IMG/VR virus record: IMGVR_UViG_3300044957_000861
Location: 1 to 64,000 of that record
Source: a virus
Length of the DNA: 64,000 bases
Direction: 5' to 3' (one strand)
Both the position numbers and the translations under genes were made by a program. Under the pieces are notes generated by a model. That model made no database searches and had not been told where the DNA came from. It was given only the letters and a program-made list of their open reading frames with translations. Shown piece by piece: positions 7,547-17,757 of this stretch. Each line of letters starts with the position of its first letter. The first letter of the stretch is position 1.

Positions 7547-10500
7547 CTTTTGTATCCGCATACTATATTTTCTAATTGCTCTCTTACTGTAATTGATGTT
7601 TTCTTTTTAAATTTAAATGTTATCTTTTTGCTATTTTCTTTGTATGTTAGAAACACAAATGAACCACCATCGTTTGCATTTATTATATCATAAATTTTAT
7701 CAATAACACTTGTATCTATGCTTTTATCTATATTCAAATAAATTGGTGTGCCACCAGCAAAGTTACTTAGATCAAGTTTTTCGCAAGAATTTAAAAGAAC
7801 TTTAGTAATTGGGTTTTCTTCATCACCGTCTTTACCTACTGAACCTATAACTGTTACAACATCCCCGTTTTGAAAAAAGTCATCATCAAACTTTTTAGCT
7901 TCTCTTGGAAACACTATAATTTCAATGTCAGAAGAAATATCTTGAAGAACAAACTTATACATCTTTGCACCCTTTTTTGTTATTATTTTTTTAGCAGAAG
8001 AGACTATTCCACCTATCGCAACTCTTGAACCAGGCTGCATTTCCGATAGGGATATTATTTCATTACTAATATTCTTTGACAAAAGATCCCAGACACCATC
8101 AACTGGATTCTTAGAAACATATATTCCTAAGGACTCTTTTTCTTTTTCTAAAATTTCTAGTTCAGTTTGTCTACCAAAGTCATCGTCCAGGGCATCAGTT
8201 AGAAGCTCGTCTAATGCCCCAGATGAAAATAAGTGTTCCAATGTAGATTTTTTTAAAACAGAAGAAGATGTTCTTCTGATGAAATCATGAACAGAAGTAT
8301 ATGGTTTTAATTGATTTCTTGACTCAAGTATAGACTCTGATACTGCAGAACCTATACCATTAATTGCAGAGAATCCAAATATTATTGTCTTGTTATCTAT
8401 CACGGCAAAGTCCTCAACAGATTTGTTTATTGATGGAGGAAGAACTTTTATTCCAAGCTTTCTGCAATCAGATAAGTATAGTGCAAGTTTATCTTTATTA
8501 CCTACAACAGAACTGAGAAGTGCAGCCATATACTCTGATGCAAAATTCACTTTTAAATATGCAGTTATATATGAAATCATTGCGTAGCTGGCGGCATGGG
8601 CTCTATTGAATCCGTATCCACCAAAGTATTCAATATCTGAATATATTTTATTAGCTCTATCTTCTGAGATATTTGAAATATCAACACAACCTTTTACAAA
8701 TTTTGCCCTGAACAAGGCAATCTTATCCATTAGTTTTTTTCCTATAACTTTTCTTAAATCATCAGCTTCTGCTGATGAAAATCCTGCAAGCTCCCTAGCA
8801 ACCCCTAGCACATCTTCTTGATACAACATGATGCCGAGTGATGGTCCTAGAACTTTTTCCATCTTTGGGTGATCATAATCTATAGATGATTTAGAATGCT
8901 TTCTTGATATATATAACTTGTCCATGCCAGAACCCATTGGGCCAGGTCTATGCAGGGATATGAGTGCCATTATGTCCTCTATTGTTTTGGGCTGCAGCTG
9001 AACCATCAAATCCCTCATACTGTTTGACTCAAGCTGAAATATACCTATTGCATTGCCTCTGCAAAGTTCGTTATATGTTTTGTAATCATCTAACGGTATT
9101 TTATCAACATCTATAGATATATTTCTAGTTTTTTTAACTAGCTTGATACATGAGTCTATGACTCCTAGATTTCTCAATCCAAGAAAATCTATTTTGAGTA
9201 GACCGCACTGCTCAACTCTTCCCATATCCCACTGAGTAATTACTGGATTATCAATGCCTTTTTGCATAATTGGCAGATAGTCTGTCAATGGACCTCTTGA
9301 TATTACTACTCCAGCTGCATGCATTCCAGTTTGTCTTATTAAGCCCTCTAAACCAAATGCAGCATCAACTATAACTTTTGCATTGGTATCAGTGTTGTAA
9401 AGATTTTTGAATTCTGCCACCTCCATGCATTCGGATAGGGATTTTGATACGCCCAAAACTGGAGCAGGAACTAGCTTGGCTACCTTGTCTCCAACACTAA
9501 AATCGTATGCCAAAGCCCTTGCTGCATCTCTGATTGATTGTCTTGCTCCAGTCTTATTAAAAGTGCATATGTGTGCGACTCTGTCCTCACCATATTTTTG
9601 TTTGGCATATGCTATGACTTTATCCCTGTGCCTATCGTCAAAGTCAAGATCAATGTCTGGCATTGACTTTCTTCCTTCAACTAAAAATCTTTCAAATAGC
9701 AATCCGAATTTTAATGGATCAAGATTAGTTATACCGAGGGCATAGGACAATATACTTCCTGCAGCCGAACCTCTGCCCCAACCAACTCTAATTTCGTTAT
9801 CTTTTGCCCACTTAACTAAATCAGAAACAACCAAAAAGTATTCTGGATAACCCATTTCTTTAACCACTTTTAATTCATGTTGTGCCCTAGATAAAACTTT
9901 TTCTGGAAGAGGATCTCCATACTTGTTCCTTAAACCCTCCCATGCGAGTTTCTCAAGGTAGATATTGGTTTCAATATTTTTTGGTATTGGAAATCTAGGA
10001 AAATATAATTCTCCAAAGTTTAAATCAACATTTACCATATCATTTATTTTCATTGTGTTTAAAAGCCAGTCTTCTGGAAATATATCCGACATTTCATCAT
10101 AAGACTTTAGGTAAAAGTTGTCTCCAGAAAATGAGAATCTATTTTCCGTATTAATATTTGAGTTTGTTGAAACACACAACATAATATCGTGTGCTCTTGC
10201 GTCATTCTTATGCACATAATGACAATCTCCCGTGGGAACTATGTCGGCTCCAATTTTCTTTGCTATGTCAACAAGCAGGTTATTTATTCTAAGTTGTTCT
10301 TTCAGACCATGATTTTGTATCTCTATAAAGTAATTACCTTTTCCAACTATGTCTTGCATTTTTGCAGCAGACTGCAGAGCGTAATAAAAATCATCTCGCA
10401 ACAAAGCTTGAGCTACCTCGCCATTTAGGCAGCCAGATAAAACTATTAAGCCATCGGAGTAATTTGATATAAGTTCGTGATCTATTCTTGGCTTAACATA

Positions 10501-10873
10501 ATAACCATCTAAAAATGATTTTGATGATATCTTTATAAGGTTGTGATAACCATCATTGTTTTTAGCCAAAATAGTTATATGATAGGGACCCCTCTGTTCC
10601 CACTCGTTTTTAGCTGGACCAGATCTTTCTTCTTCATCTCTGTCAAATCTCGTCTTTCTAGCTTGGTAAAATTCAGATCCAAGTATTGGATTTACTCCGA
10701 CACGAATTAGCAGCTTCGTAAAAATCTAACCAAGAGTGAATATTGCCATGATCAGTAGTTGCAAGACCAGACATGCCCAAAAACTTTGCTTTGACAAAGT
10801 ACTCCTCAACCTTACCATGCCCATCAAGCATTGAGTAGGTGGTATGACTGTGGAGATTGGTCCAGTTTTTCAA
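7543..10873 (-). CDS. dnaE: DNA polymerase III alpha subunit (1109 aa), restored by a +1 shift at CGGA 10696-10699
   Basis: PHP LHSHTTYSMLDG, TTDHGN, restored GVNPILGSEFY, GRGSAAGS, PDIDLDF, HAAGVVI, LLKIDFLGL, GYGFNRAHA, C-terminal OB fold. Confidence 0.96.
10696..10699 (-). other. CGGN +1 recoding site 7 (CGGA), DnaE codon 59
   Basis: TCG TGT CGGA GTA AAT CCA ATA CTT GGA. Confidence 0.9.
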
Positions 10874-11079
10874 TTGATTCCTCTTTCTTTATCCGATGAT
10901 TCAAGAGAAGAATCCCTATTTTCTCTATATGATATTATAACAACTCCACCACAGTATTTGCATGGTACAGGCTGCCCATTTTGAGCAAATGGATTTTTGT
11001 ACATGTAACTCATTGGCTGATCTGACTTGCACTCAGAGCAAACTCCAATTACGTCATCTGGATCTTTTATGTTACTCAT
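10870..11079 (-). CDS. small zinc-ribbon protein
   Basis: CSEC...CKYC. Confidence 0.7.
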   Translation of the reverse strand: MSNIKDPDDVIGVCSECKSDQPMSYMYKNPFAQNGQPVPCKYCGGVVIISYRENRDSSLESSDKERGIN

Positions 11080-12276
11080 GATTCTGTTTTTATCTCCTTT
11101 TTATTTTTGTATGCGTATCTTATTGGAGACGGCAAAGATTTTTCATTTGTCTCTACAAATTTTTCTCCTATTTTCTGCCATTTATTCTTTTTTTCAAGAT
11201 TGCAATCTCCACATCCAACACCCACCGCATTGGCTCTATCGCAAGTGTAGGGTCTTCCGCCTATACCAAGCTGTCTTCTTTTTATCCAGTCATTGATGTG
11301 AGCCGAAGATTTTTCAAAGTTATAATCTGAACAATGACTAAGTATATCATGAAGATACTTAATTGAGTCTTCGGTGTAGCTAAGTATAGAGCAGAGAAAT
11401 AGTCTTGCCTCATGCTCCAAAAACTTTTCTTGCTCTGCTTGATTTTTTAGTCTTTGTATTGCTTTGCATTTTTGCAAAAGAGTGTTTGGATCAAATACTT
11501 TTTCGCTCTGTTTTAAATCCTTGAAAGCTCTTGATCCGTATTTATTAAAATATTCAATCGGATTGTCTTTTTTCTTTTGATTTTCTTCTAGGTTATATGT
11601 ATAGTTTCTGTACCATTCATTTGCTTTGTAATCAAAAAACTGATCATCAACTTGTAGCGATTGTGGTTTAGAGGAATATTCTTTTATAGAATTTTCACTA
11701 GCATATATAAAACCATCCGAATGATATGGATTCAAAAGAGTTTTAAATAATCCCGTATCTTGGTGAATTGAACCTGGTACACGCCACATTCTTCTTGCAT
11801 CATAAACACTAAAATCCAAACTAGACAAAGAAAGCTTTTCTTTAATGTCAGTTGCGATATATCTAAACGTCTTTTGTAATGTATTGCTAGGATTTATACC
11901 TAGTGCTACTGGTTCACACTCTATATGAAATCCTTTTTTACCAGTAAAGTATACTAAAATTGATTTATGAGAGATAAACGACGCCAAGAACTCATAAAGG
12001 ACTATACATTCTTTGTGTGCTACCGAAAATTCTTCATGATCTAGATCAAAATAAAGTGGACCGTAGTCTAGTAGCTTTTTCCAGATCTTCTGTGTCGTAG
12101 GCAAAAACCGACGTATATATACCTATGCTCTTATGTCTAATGGCATACTTTTGTATTTCATTGGATTTAACTAACAAGTTTTTTTCCCTTAAAACCCTAT
12201 TTAGAGAGGGTACGTATCTGGCAACCTCGTATAAGTCCCAGCCTTTTAGATAATTGCTACTGCTGTCAATCTTCAT
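11076..12276 (-). CDS. archaeo-eukaryotic primase (AEP) with PriL-like Cys domain (399 aa), restored by a +1 shift at CGGT 12060-12063
   Basis: YTSVF, restored LGPLYFDLD (DxD), FTGKKGFH, DFSVYDARRMWRVPGSIH; C-terminal C...HEARLFL...PYTC...CGDC. Confidence 0.88.
12060..12063 (-). other. CGGN +1 recoding site 8 (CGGT), primase codon 72
   Basis: AGA CTA CGGT CCA CTT TAT TTT GAT. Confidence 0.87.
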
Positions 12277-12434
12277 GAAACGTGTATCTTGCCGACTTCT
12301 TTATCTTTGTTTAATATAATTTGTTTTTTACACTCATCTAACTCGTCTGAGTGAGTCCTATAGTATATAGACTCTTCAATAAAATATTCCATATTTTTAA
12401 GTAACGTAAATCTTTTTAAGAGATTATTTGACAT
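12273..12434 (-). CDS. hypothetical protein (53 aa)
   Basis: Manual translation MSNNLLKRFTLLKNMEYFIEES...; stop overlaps the primase start (ATGA). Confidence 0.6.
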   Translation of the reverse strand: MSNNLLKRFTLLKNMEYFIEESIYYRTHSDELDECKKQIILNKDKEVGKIHVS

Positions 12435-12444
12435 GAAGTCTATT

Positions 12445-13125
12445 CTATCTCCATCTCTCGTCTTTTATACTTTCTCCATCAACAATCAAATGCAACTTGG
12501 AAGAAATGTTATCCGCTAAATGCACAATCATGTCCATATAAGTAACTGGAGTTGTTTCAGGAACTGGAGACCAAGGACCTAAATGACATCTTATTAATCT
12601 CAAAATTGTTTGAGTATCTTCTTCGCTTATAAATAGGGTAGAAGACTGTGATTCAGATGCGTATTTTTTATCCTGTTCTTGACACTTTTTAATGAAAGAT
12701 CCTGCAGTGTATGGATGCATTGGATCATAATAATATTTTTCTGATGACTGTGGTTTTATTCCCTTTGTAATGTCATGAAGTAGTAAAGCAGCAGTTATTA
12801 AGTCTCTTTCATCAGAAGAAAGAGAATATGACTCTGCCAAAACTGACCCAACTCTCACAGCTCTTTTTGTGTGCAATATGTTTCCGCCCTTGTCTCTTTC
12901 ATCTGGCGGATGATGTTTACCAGAAAAACTAGCTGGTATATCCCAAAATCCCTCTACTCTATACAAAATAGATCTCACAAAAGATTTGATTCCTTCGTTT
13001 TCAATGGTGTTAATTTCACTAATTAAAGGATTTAAAACCTTATCTTCTTCTTTAATCGTATGAGAAACGTTTTTTTCGTATAAAATGTCATCTAGTATTG
13101 TTTTATTTTTTTCTTTTTTTGCCAT
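12445..13125 (-). CDS. HD-domain phosphohydrolase
   Basis: PASFSGKHH, GGNILHT, AALLLHDITK, IRCHLG, VHLAD. Confidence 0.85.
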   Translation of the reverse strand: MAKKEKNKTILDDILYEKNVSHTIKEEDKVLNPLISEINTIENEGIKSFVRSILYRVEGFWDIPASFSGKHHPPDERDKGGNILHTKRAVRVGSVLAESYSLSSDERDLITAALLLHDITKGIKPQSSEKYYYDPMHPYTAGSFIKKCQEQDKKYASESQSSTLFISEEDTQTILRLIRCHLGPWSPVPETTPVTYMDMIVHLADNISSKLHLIVDGESIKDERWR

Positions 13126-13915
13126 TAGTTTTCTCCTTTTTGTTCCAAGAAGTCCATTTGCTACACGGTTTATCAAATGGACAAACCTTGCAATAAGATG
13201 TTAGCCCTCTTCTTGAAGGAAAAATTGTTTCTTCAAGAAGTGATTCACACCAATATTTTACAGCTTCAATGTCTGCCTCTTCTACATAAACCTCATTAAA
13301 ACCTGATTTCTGATTTAGAAGATCAAAGTAACCAAATTTTGCTTGATCAATTTTGTTTCCGAACTTATTAATAAAGCCCATATTCATAACCGCAAAATCA
13401 AGAACGTAAGTGTATTGATGCTTAAGTTTATAATTAAACATCCATTTTAAAATATGTATTTTACCATCTTTGTAATAAATCAAATCAAACTTATCTTTGA
13501 TGCCAATACTGGAATTTATTGGGGCTATACAGTCTTCGTCTATGCCCATAGGAATAATCTTCTTTTCGCCAAAATTATCTATCAACTCCAAAAGAACGTT
13601 TGCAGCCTTACTCGTCAGGCTGGCAGCATTTCCATGCAAAGTTTCATGCTGTTCATAGATGATGTCATAAGAAGAAGAATCTTTAGGAAACCAAAGCTTT
13701 TCCCATCTGTTTAACAAAGAAGAATATGATGGAGTAATTCCAGCTTGTTTTTTGTGAAAAAAATAATGAACCATTCCCCTTATGGTATTTTCAAATTTGG
13801 TTGTATTTAAAATTCTACTTCCTATAGTTTCTGGCAACTGCTGATTATATCTATAGTCATACAGTCTTCCGCAGGTTTGAAAATCTTTTAATTGCTGAGT
13901 TGTTATTTGTAACAT
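13103..13915 (-). CDS. divergent PD-(D/E)XK (RecB-like) protein, possibly catalytically inactive
   Basis: QLKDFQTCGRLYDYRY N-terminal motif and CKVCPFDKPC C-terminal motif; core reads KFDLI...ILKWMF rather than IDR...DYK. Confidence 0.65.
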   Translation of the reverse strand: MLQITTQQLKDFQTCGRLYDYRYNQQLPETIGSRILNTTKFENTIRGMVHYFFHKKQAGITPSYSSLLNRWEKLWFPKDSSSYDIIYEQHETLHGNAASLTSKAANVLLELIDNFGEKKIIPMGIDEDCIAPINSSIGIKDKFDLIYYKDGKIHILKWMFNYKLKHQYTYVLDFAVMNMGFINKFGNKIDQAKFGYFDLLNQKSGFNEVYVEEADIEAVKYWCESLLEETIFPSRRGLTSYCKVCPFDKPCSKWTSWNKKEKTNGKKRKK

Positions 13916-13922
13916 GATTTTC

Positions 13923-15392
13923 CTATATGACAGACATACTAGATATTAGCTCTTGCACGTCGTTTGAATTAATTATTTTTGAGTAAGAATCTTCTATGAT
14001 TGGCTCATACTCAACATATTTTTTGTGTTGGTCAACATATTTGACTAGTGGAGAGTTATAAATATATGTTGAACCAGTAATTCTGTTCTTTGGAATCTGT
14101 AGCTGCATAATATTTTCATCTTCAGAATCATCTCCACTAATAAGCTTTTTTTCTGTTATGAATATTGTCACTGCACACTTTTGTTGAATAGAGAGTGAAC
14201 CACCGGTATCAGACTGCTGAACAACCTCTCTCTTTTCCTTCATTCTATTTGCATTTTCCTGAGCTGTTATGATCAATACAGCGTCCATGTCTCTGGCTAA
14301 CTTCTCAAGCTTAACCATCATTTCTTCAAATTCACCCCATCTCGGCTTGCCCTTACCCGTGGATCTTGTAAACATTGATTGTATTGTATCAATTACGATT
14401 ACATCTGGGATTAGATCTGCATGCCCCATTACACTTCTTAGCCATTTTTCAAGATCTTCAAAATATGGAGTATCTGGATCATGTCTGACCATAAATCTAT
14501 CTCCCCATTCTTTCAATTTATTTTGAAACTTTTCAAGATTTTTTGCCTTTTCAGATTCAGACCAACTAGATGCTTCGGCATAAACATTTTTTTCTATTAT
14601 TTGAGTCATCAATACTCGCTCCCAGTGCGAAACTGCTTCCTCAAAATTCACATATAAAACCCTATATCCGGTGTCGGCCCAATGATTCACTAGGCACTTG
14701 GCAAACGTGCTCTTGCCTTTTCCAGAAGCCGCTATTATTGCATGCACTGACCCCCTAAAAAATCCACCCTCATCAGTATATCCCATCGCCCTATTCAGAG
14801 ATTTAAATTGTGTTGGAAGAAAACTTGGTATATCCAATAAAGACTCTGCCCTTTCCGATATATCTTTGGCAGTGACTACACTGTCTAGAACATTGAAGTT
14901 CAAATCATTTTCTAGATTTTTTATCTCTGCTGTAATTTCTGATATTCTAGCAATTTCTTTTAAAGTTTTTTCCCCTTTTTGAGTAAGAAGAAGTTGAAGC
15001 TCTTGCAAAATATCTAGCTGCTTTTTCTTATTACACCTGTGCTTAAGTATCTGGGTGATTGATTCCTCGGTTGAAACATCTATAGATTTAAGAATGTCTA
15101 TTACCGTATCAACACCTATTGAGCCACCTAAGGCAGTGTGAATATCAGTCTCCGATTCTAGCCAAGCCTTGAAAGCAATTGGATCTACAAAATCTAACTT
15201 TGTTATTCTATAATAGGAAAGTAGAGCCTTATAAAATTCATTTAAACCCAACTGACCATTGACAGCGCCAACCGCTTCCTCTGGAAGATTAGCCTCAAAA
15301 TAGGATATAGCACCTTTATTTCTTAGTGCAAGAGCAAATACCTGATACTCAAAAGGATAGTTAGATAATACTTCATTTTCGGTTTCTGTCAT
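13923..15392 (-). CDS. DnaB-like replicative helicase
   Basis: Walker A AASGKGKST, VLYVNFEE, Walker B VIVIDTIQ, ITAQEN, KNR. Confidence 0.9.
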   Translation of the reverse strand: MTETENEVLSNYPFEYQVFALALRNKGAISYFEANLPEEAVGAVNGQLGLNEFYKALLSYYRITKLDFVDPIAFKAWLESETDIHTALGGSIGVDTVIDILKSIDVSTEESITQILKHRCNKKKQLDILQELQLLLTQKGEKTLKEIARISEITAEIKNLENDLNFNVLDSVVTAKDISERAESLLDIPSFLPTQFKSLNRAMGYTDEGGFFRGSVHAIIAASGKGKSTFAKCLVNHWADTGYRVLYVNFEEAVSHWERVLMTQIIEKNVYAEASSWSESEKAKNLEKFQNKLKEWGDRFMVRHDPDTPYFEDLEKWLRSVMGHADLIPDVIVIDTIQSMFTRSTGKGKPRWGEFEEMMVKLEKLARDMDAVLIITAQENANRMKEKREVVQQSDTGGSLSIQQKCAVTIFITEKKLISGDDSEDENIMQLQIPKNRITGSTYIYNSPLVKYVDQHKKYVEYEPIIEDSYSKIINSNDVQELISSMSVI

Positions 15393-16026
15393 TTTTTTTC
15401 TTCTCTTTTATTTTTCTATAAAGTTTCTTTTTTTTATCTGAATTTCTTTTTTTTGCCTGTTGATAAAAAGGGTTTTCAGTTATATTTTTTTTGTCTTTTA
15501 CCTTGACAATATGGCTTGAAGATTTTAGCGCCGACAATATTCTATCATAAACTACTTCTTCCGTAAGTTTGTCATTGTATCTAAATACAACCAAAACAAT
15601 TCCTTGCTCATTGCACAACTCAAGTTTTCTTTGATCTCTTTTTTGACCATTTAAAAAATCTTCTTTGAATTCATGAAATCTCTCTGTATATTTAAAATGT
15701 TGTATGCCATGATATTCAGCCGCAATCTTATAGCTAGGACAATATACGTCTAGTTTTAGCCTTTCTCCAATATGAAACTCATTTATTATAGTCTCTCCTG
15801 GTATAAGCTTTTTAAGCACGCTTGTCAAAACAGTTTGACCTTTTGACATTTTTCTTCTGTGTTCTTTAATCCAAGATAAACCAAGCTTATTAATATACTT
15901 ATCAAGTTCTTCGTAAGAAAGACATAGCTCATTAGCCATTTTTGGCAGTGATAAACTGCTTTCAAATAACAAACTTTTTATTCTTGCGTTGAGAAAATCT
16001 GTTGTTTTTTTATTTAATTCTGTCAT
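15373..16026 (-). CDS. putative Vsr/DUF559-like endonuclease with N-terminal HTH
   Basis: LKLDVYCPSYKIAAEYHGIQHF...QKRDQRKLELC. Confidence 0.7.
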   Translation of the reverse strand: MTELNKKTTDFLNARIKSLLFESSLSLPKMANELCLSYEELDKYINKLGLSWIKEHRRKMSKGQTVLTSVLKKLIPGETIINEFHIGERLKLDVYCPSYKIAAEYHGIQHFKYTERFHEFKEDFLNGQKRDQRKLELCNEQGIVLVVFRYNDKLTEEVVYDRILSALKSSSHIVKVKDKKNITENPFYQQAKKRNSDKKKKLYRKIKEKKKNDRNRK

Positions 16027-16667
16027 TTTGATCTATGCAGTGATTTTGCTACAGTAAGAGTTCTACCTAAATCCAGTATGGACATAGAACTATTCTCCCA
16101 AAGGTTTTGTGTCAACGCAGTGCTTAGCATCGGGCAGTCTAGTATGCATAGGTTTGTTTTGTCATTATTTTTTATAATTTCTTCTGTAATTGAATTTATT
16201 TTTGAATAAAAATCATTGTACGGAGCATTCAAATAAATAGAATCTTTAGAAAAATATTTTGATATTGATGCCTCGCCCTGAAAAGACACGATTACTGCGT
16301 TTGTGTTTTTTAAGTACCAAGATGTAAATGTCTTAAAAATATCATAGTTAGTATTTATATAATATTCCAAAAATCCTGGATCATAAAAAGTAGAAGTAGA
16401 CAAATCAATCTGATGGTTTTCTTTTATCTTTTCAATGCTTGATTTTATCAAGTCTCTTTGAATTGCCTTAACAAAAGTTTGATCTTTGTTGTCTAAACTG
16501 GAAGTTACTAGTTTAATAAAGTTTTTTGGAGGTTTTTTATCTCCAGTAAGTTCTCCAGTCAAAGAAAATATAGCTGATCTTGTATAGGTAACAAAAGCAA
16601 AACGCTCACTTTTCTCAAGAAGATATGTAGCTTTTTTTATAGTTTCTATTGCGTTATAGGTTTTCAT
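16023..16667 (-). CDS. hypothetical protein, possibly degenerate GT-D-fold glycosyltransferase-like
   Basis: ERFAFVTY near the N-terminus and SILDLG at the C-terminus loosely resemble GT-D; coupled to a GT2 gene. Confidence 0.45.
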   Translation of the reverse strand: MKTYNAIETIKKATYLLEKSERFAFVTYTRSAIFSLTGELTGDKKPPKNFIKLVTSSLDNKDQTFVKAIQRDLIKSSIEKIKENHQIDLSTSTFYDPGFLEYYINTNYDIFKTFTSWYLKNTNAVIVSFQGEASISKYFSKDSIYLNAPYNDFYSKINSITEEIIKNNDKTNLCILDCPMLSTALTQNLWENSSMSILDLGRTLTVAKSLHRSK

Positions 16668-17365
16668 ATTCCAAAATTTCCCCACTTAATTAATGTTGGA
16701 TTTTTGTCCATAATTGATTCTATGTGTTTTATATTATGAAATTGACCCTTGTCTAAAGACATGTATCGATTGTATTTTAAAATCTTGTCTTCGTCAAGCA
16801 TGTAGCCAAGGTGCTGCATGATTAACCCTGAATGAAGCCAATAATTTCTTCTTCTAAGGTCCTCTATAACATAAGTTGGTTCTGAGCCACAAGCCAATTT
16901 CCTATCATTAAATTTACCGTTTTCTTTGAATCTAAAGATTCTTGAACTATTGTTCGGAGCCCAAAGTTTGTCAACTCTGTATTGAGTAGATGACCACATA
17001 TGATAGAAGCGTACATTGACGACATCAAATGGAGACTGATCTAGCACCGATGCTATATTGATATCATCAATGTCTGAAGATTTATACAACATCTCATCAC
17101 AGTCAATAGCAATAATCCAATCGCCCTCATTTGCATGAAGGCAAAGGTTTTGCCAAGCTTTTGATCTGAGCTGTCCCTCGTGCACAGAAAACAAAGGCTT
17201 TTCATTTATGTATACGCTAGCATATTGACTAGCAATTTTGGCGGTATTGTCGTCTGAACAATCATCAGTAAAGACTATATGATCAACTTGATCTTTAAGT
17301 CGATTTAAAATCACATTCAAAAATCTATGTGATTCGTTTCTTCCAACCATTTGAGCAATAATCAT
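16664..17365 (-). CDS. glycosyltransferase family 2
   Basis: RNE, VFTDDCSDDNT, WIIAIDCDE, HLGY. Confidence 0.88.
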   Translation of the reverse strand: MIIAQMVGRNESHRFLNVILNRLKDQVDHIVFTDDCSDDNTAKIASQYASVYINEKPLFSVHEGQLRSKAWQNLCLHANEGDWIIAIDCDEMLYKSSDIDDINIASVLDQSPFDVVNVRFYHMWSSTQYRVDKLWAPNNSSRIFRFKENGKFNDRKLACGSEPTYVIEDLRRRNYWLHSGLIMQHLGYMLDEDKILKYNRYMSLDKGQFHNIKHIESIMDKNPTLIKWGNFGI

Positions 17366-17380
17366 ACAATATATCCTACA

Positions 17381-17409
17381 CCCGAGGCAGACCCTACGTC
17401 TGCCTCGGG
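17381..17409. terminator. perfect 12-bp GC-rich hairpin (terminator or processing site)
   Basis: CCCGAGGCAGAC-cctac-GTCTGCCTCGGG just downstream of the 17420..17611 gene; no U-tract. Confidence 0.65.
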
Positions 17410-17419
17410 CATTTGGGAT

Positions 17420-17611
17420 TTAGGCGCTTAGCTGATTAATTCGCTTGTGTGCCTGGACGGATGAAATTCTCTCAATATCAGTTGATCTAAAGAGTACTTC
17501 ACCGTTAACTGCTTTGCGGCCAGCAGCAACCTTTTCAGCGTCCTGCTTGTTTTTTGCCTTGACGAGGATCTTTTCCTCTACCACAAAGTAATTTAATTTA
17601 TTGTCTGACAT
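17420..17611 (-). CDS. small hypothetical protein (63 aa)
   Basis: AAGGA SD, two upstream promoters, downstream hairpin. Confidence 0.8.
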   Translation of the reverse strand: MSDNKLNYFVVEEKILVKAKNKQDAEKVAAGRKAVNGEVLFRSTDIERISSVQAHKRINQLSA

Positions 17612-17648
17612 ATTATTCCTTTTGTTGTTTGCTTATGTAACAATAAAC

Positions 17649-17743
17649 ATTATAGCCCATGTATCAGACGTTGGCAACTTCTTTTGTTTGTGAAGGTTAT
17701 TATTTACGGTTAGTATTATAGCCTAATTACAATGCAAAAGCAA
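17649..17743 (-). promoter_or_regulatory. two tandem sigma70-type promoters
   Basis: TTGCTT-17-TATAAT (17743-17715) and TTGCCA-17-TATAAT (17677-17649). Confidence 0.7.
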
Positions 17744-17757
17744 TTTTTTACCATACA

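Noticed and set aside
7547-7561. In-frame CGG at codon 2 of the ORF-track call 7181..7561 (MRIQK...)
   Set aside because: That extension lies inside dnaE. The real start is most likely the ATG at 7546 overlapping the dnaE stop, so it is not a counter-example.
10570-10873. Intron or split intein in dnaE
   Set aside because: The two parts are contiguous apart from one extra base; no intervening sequence or intein motifs.
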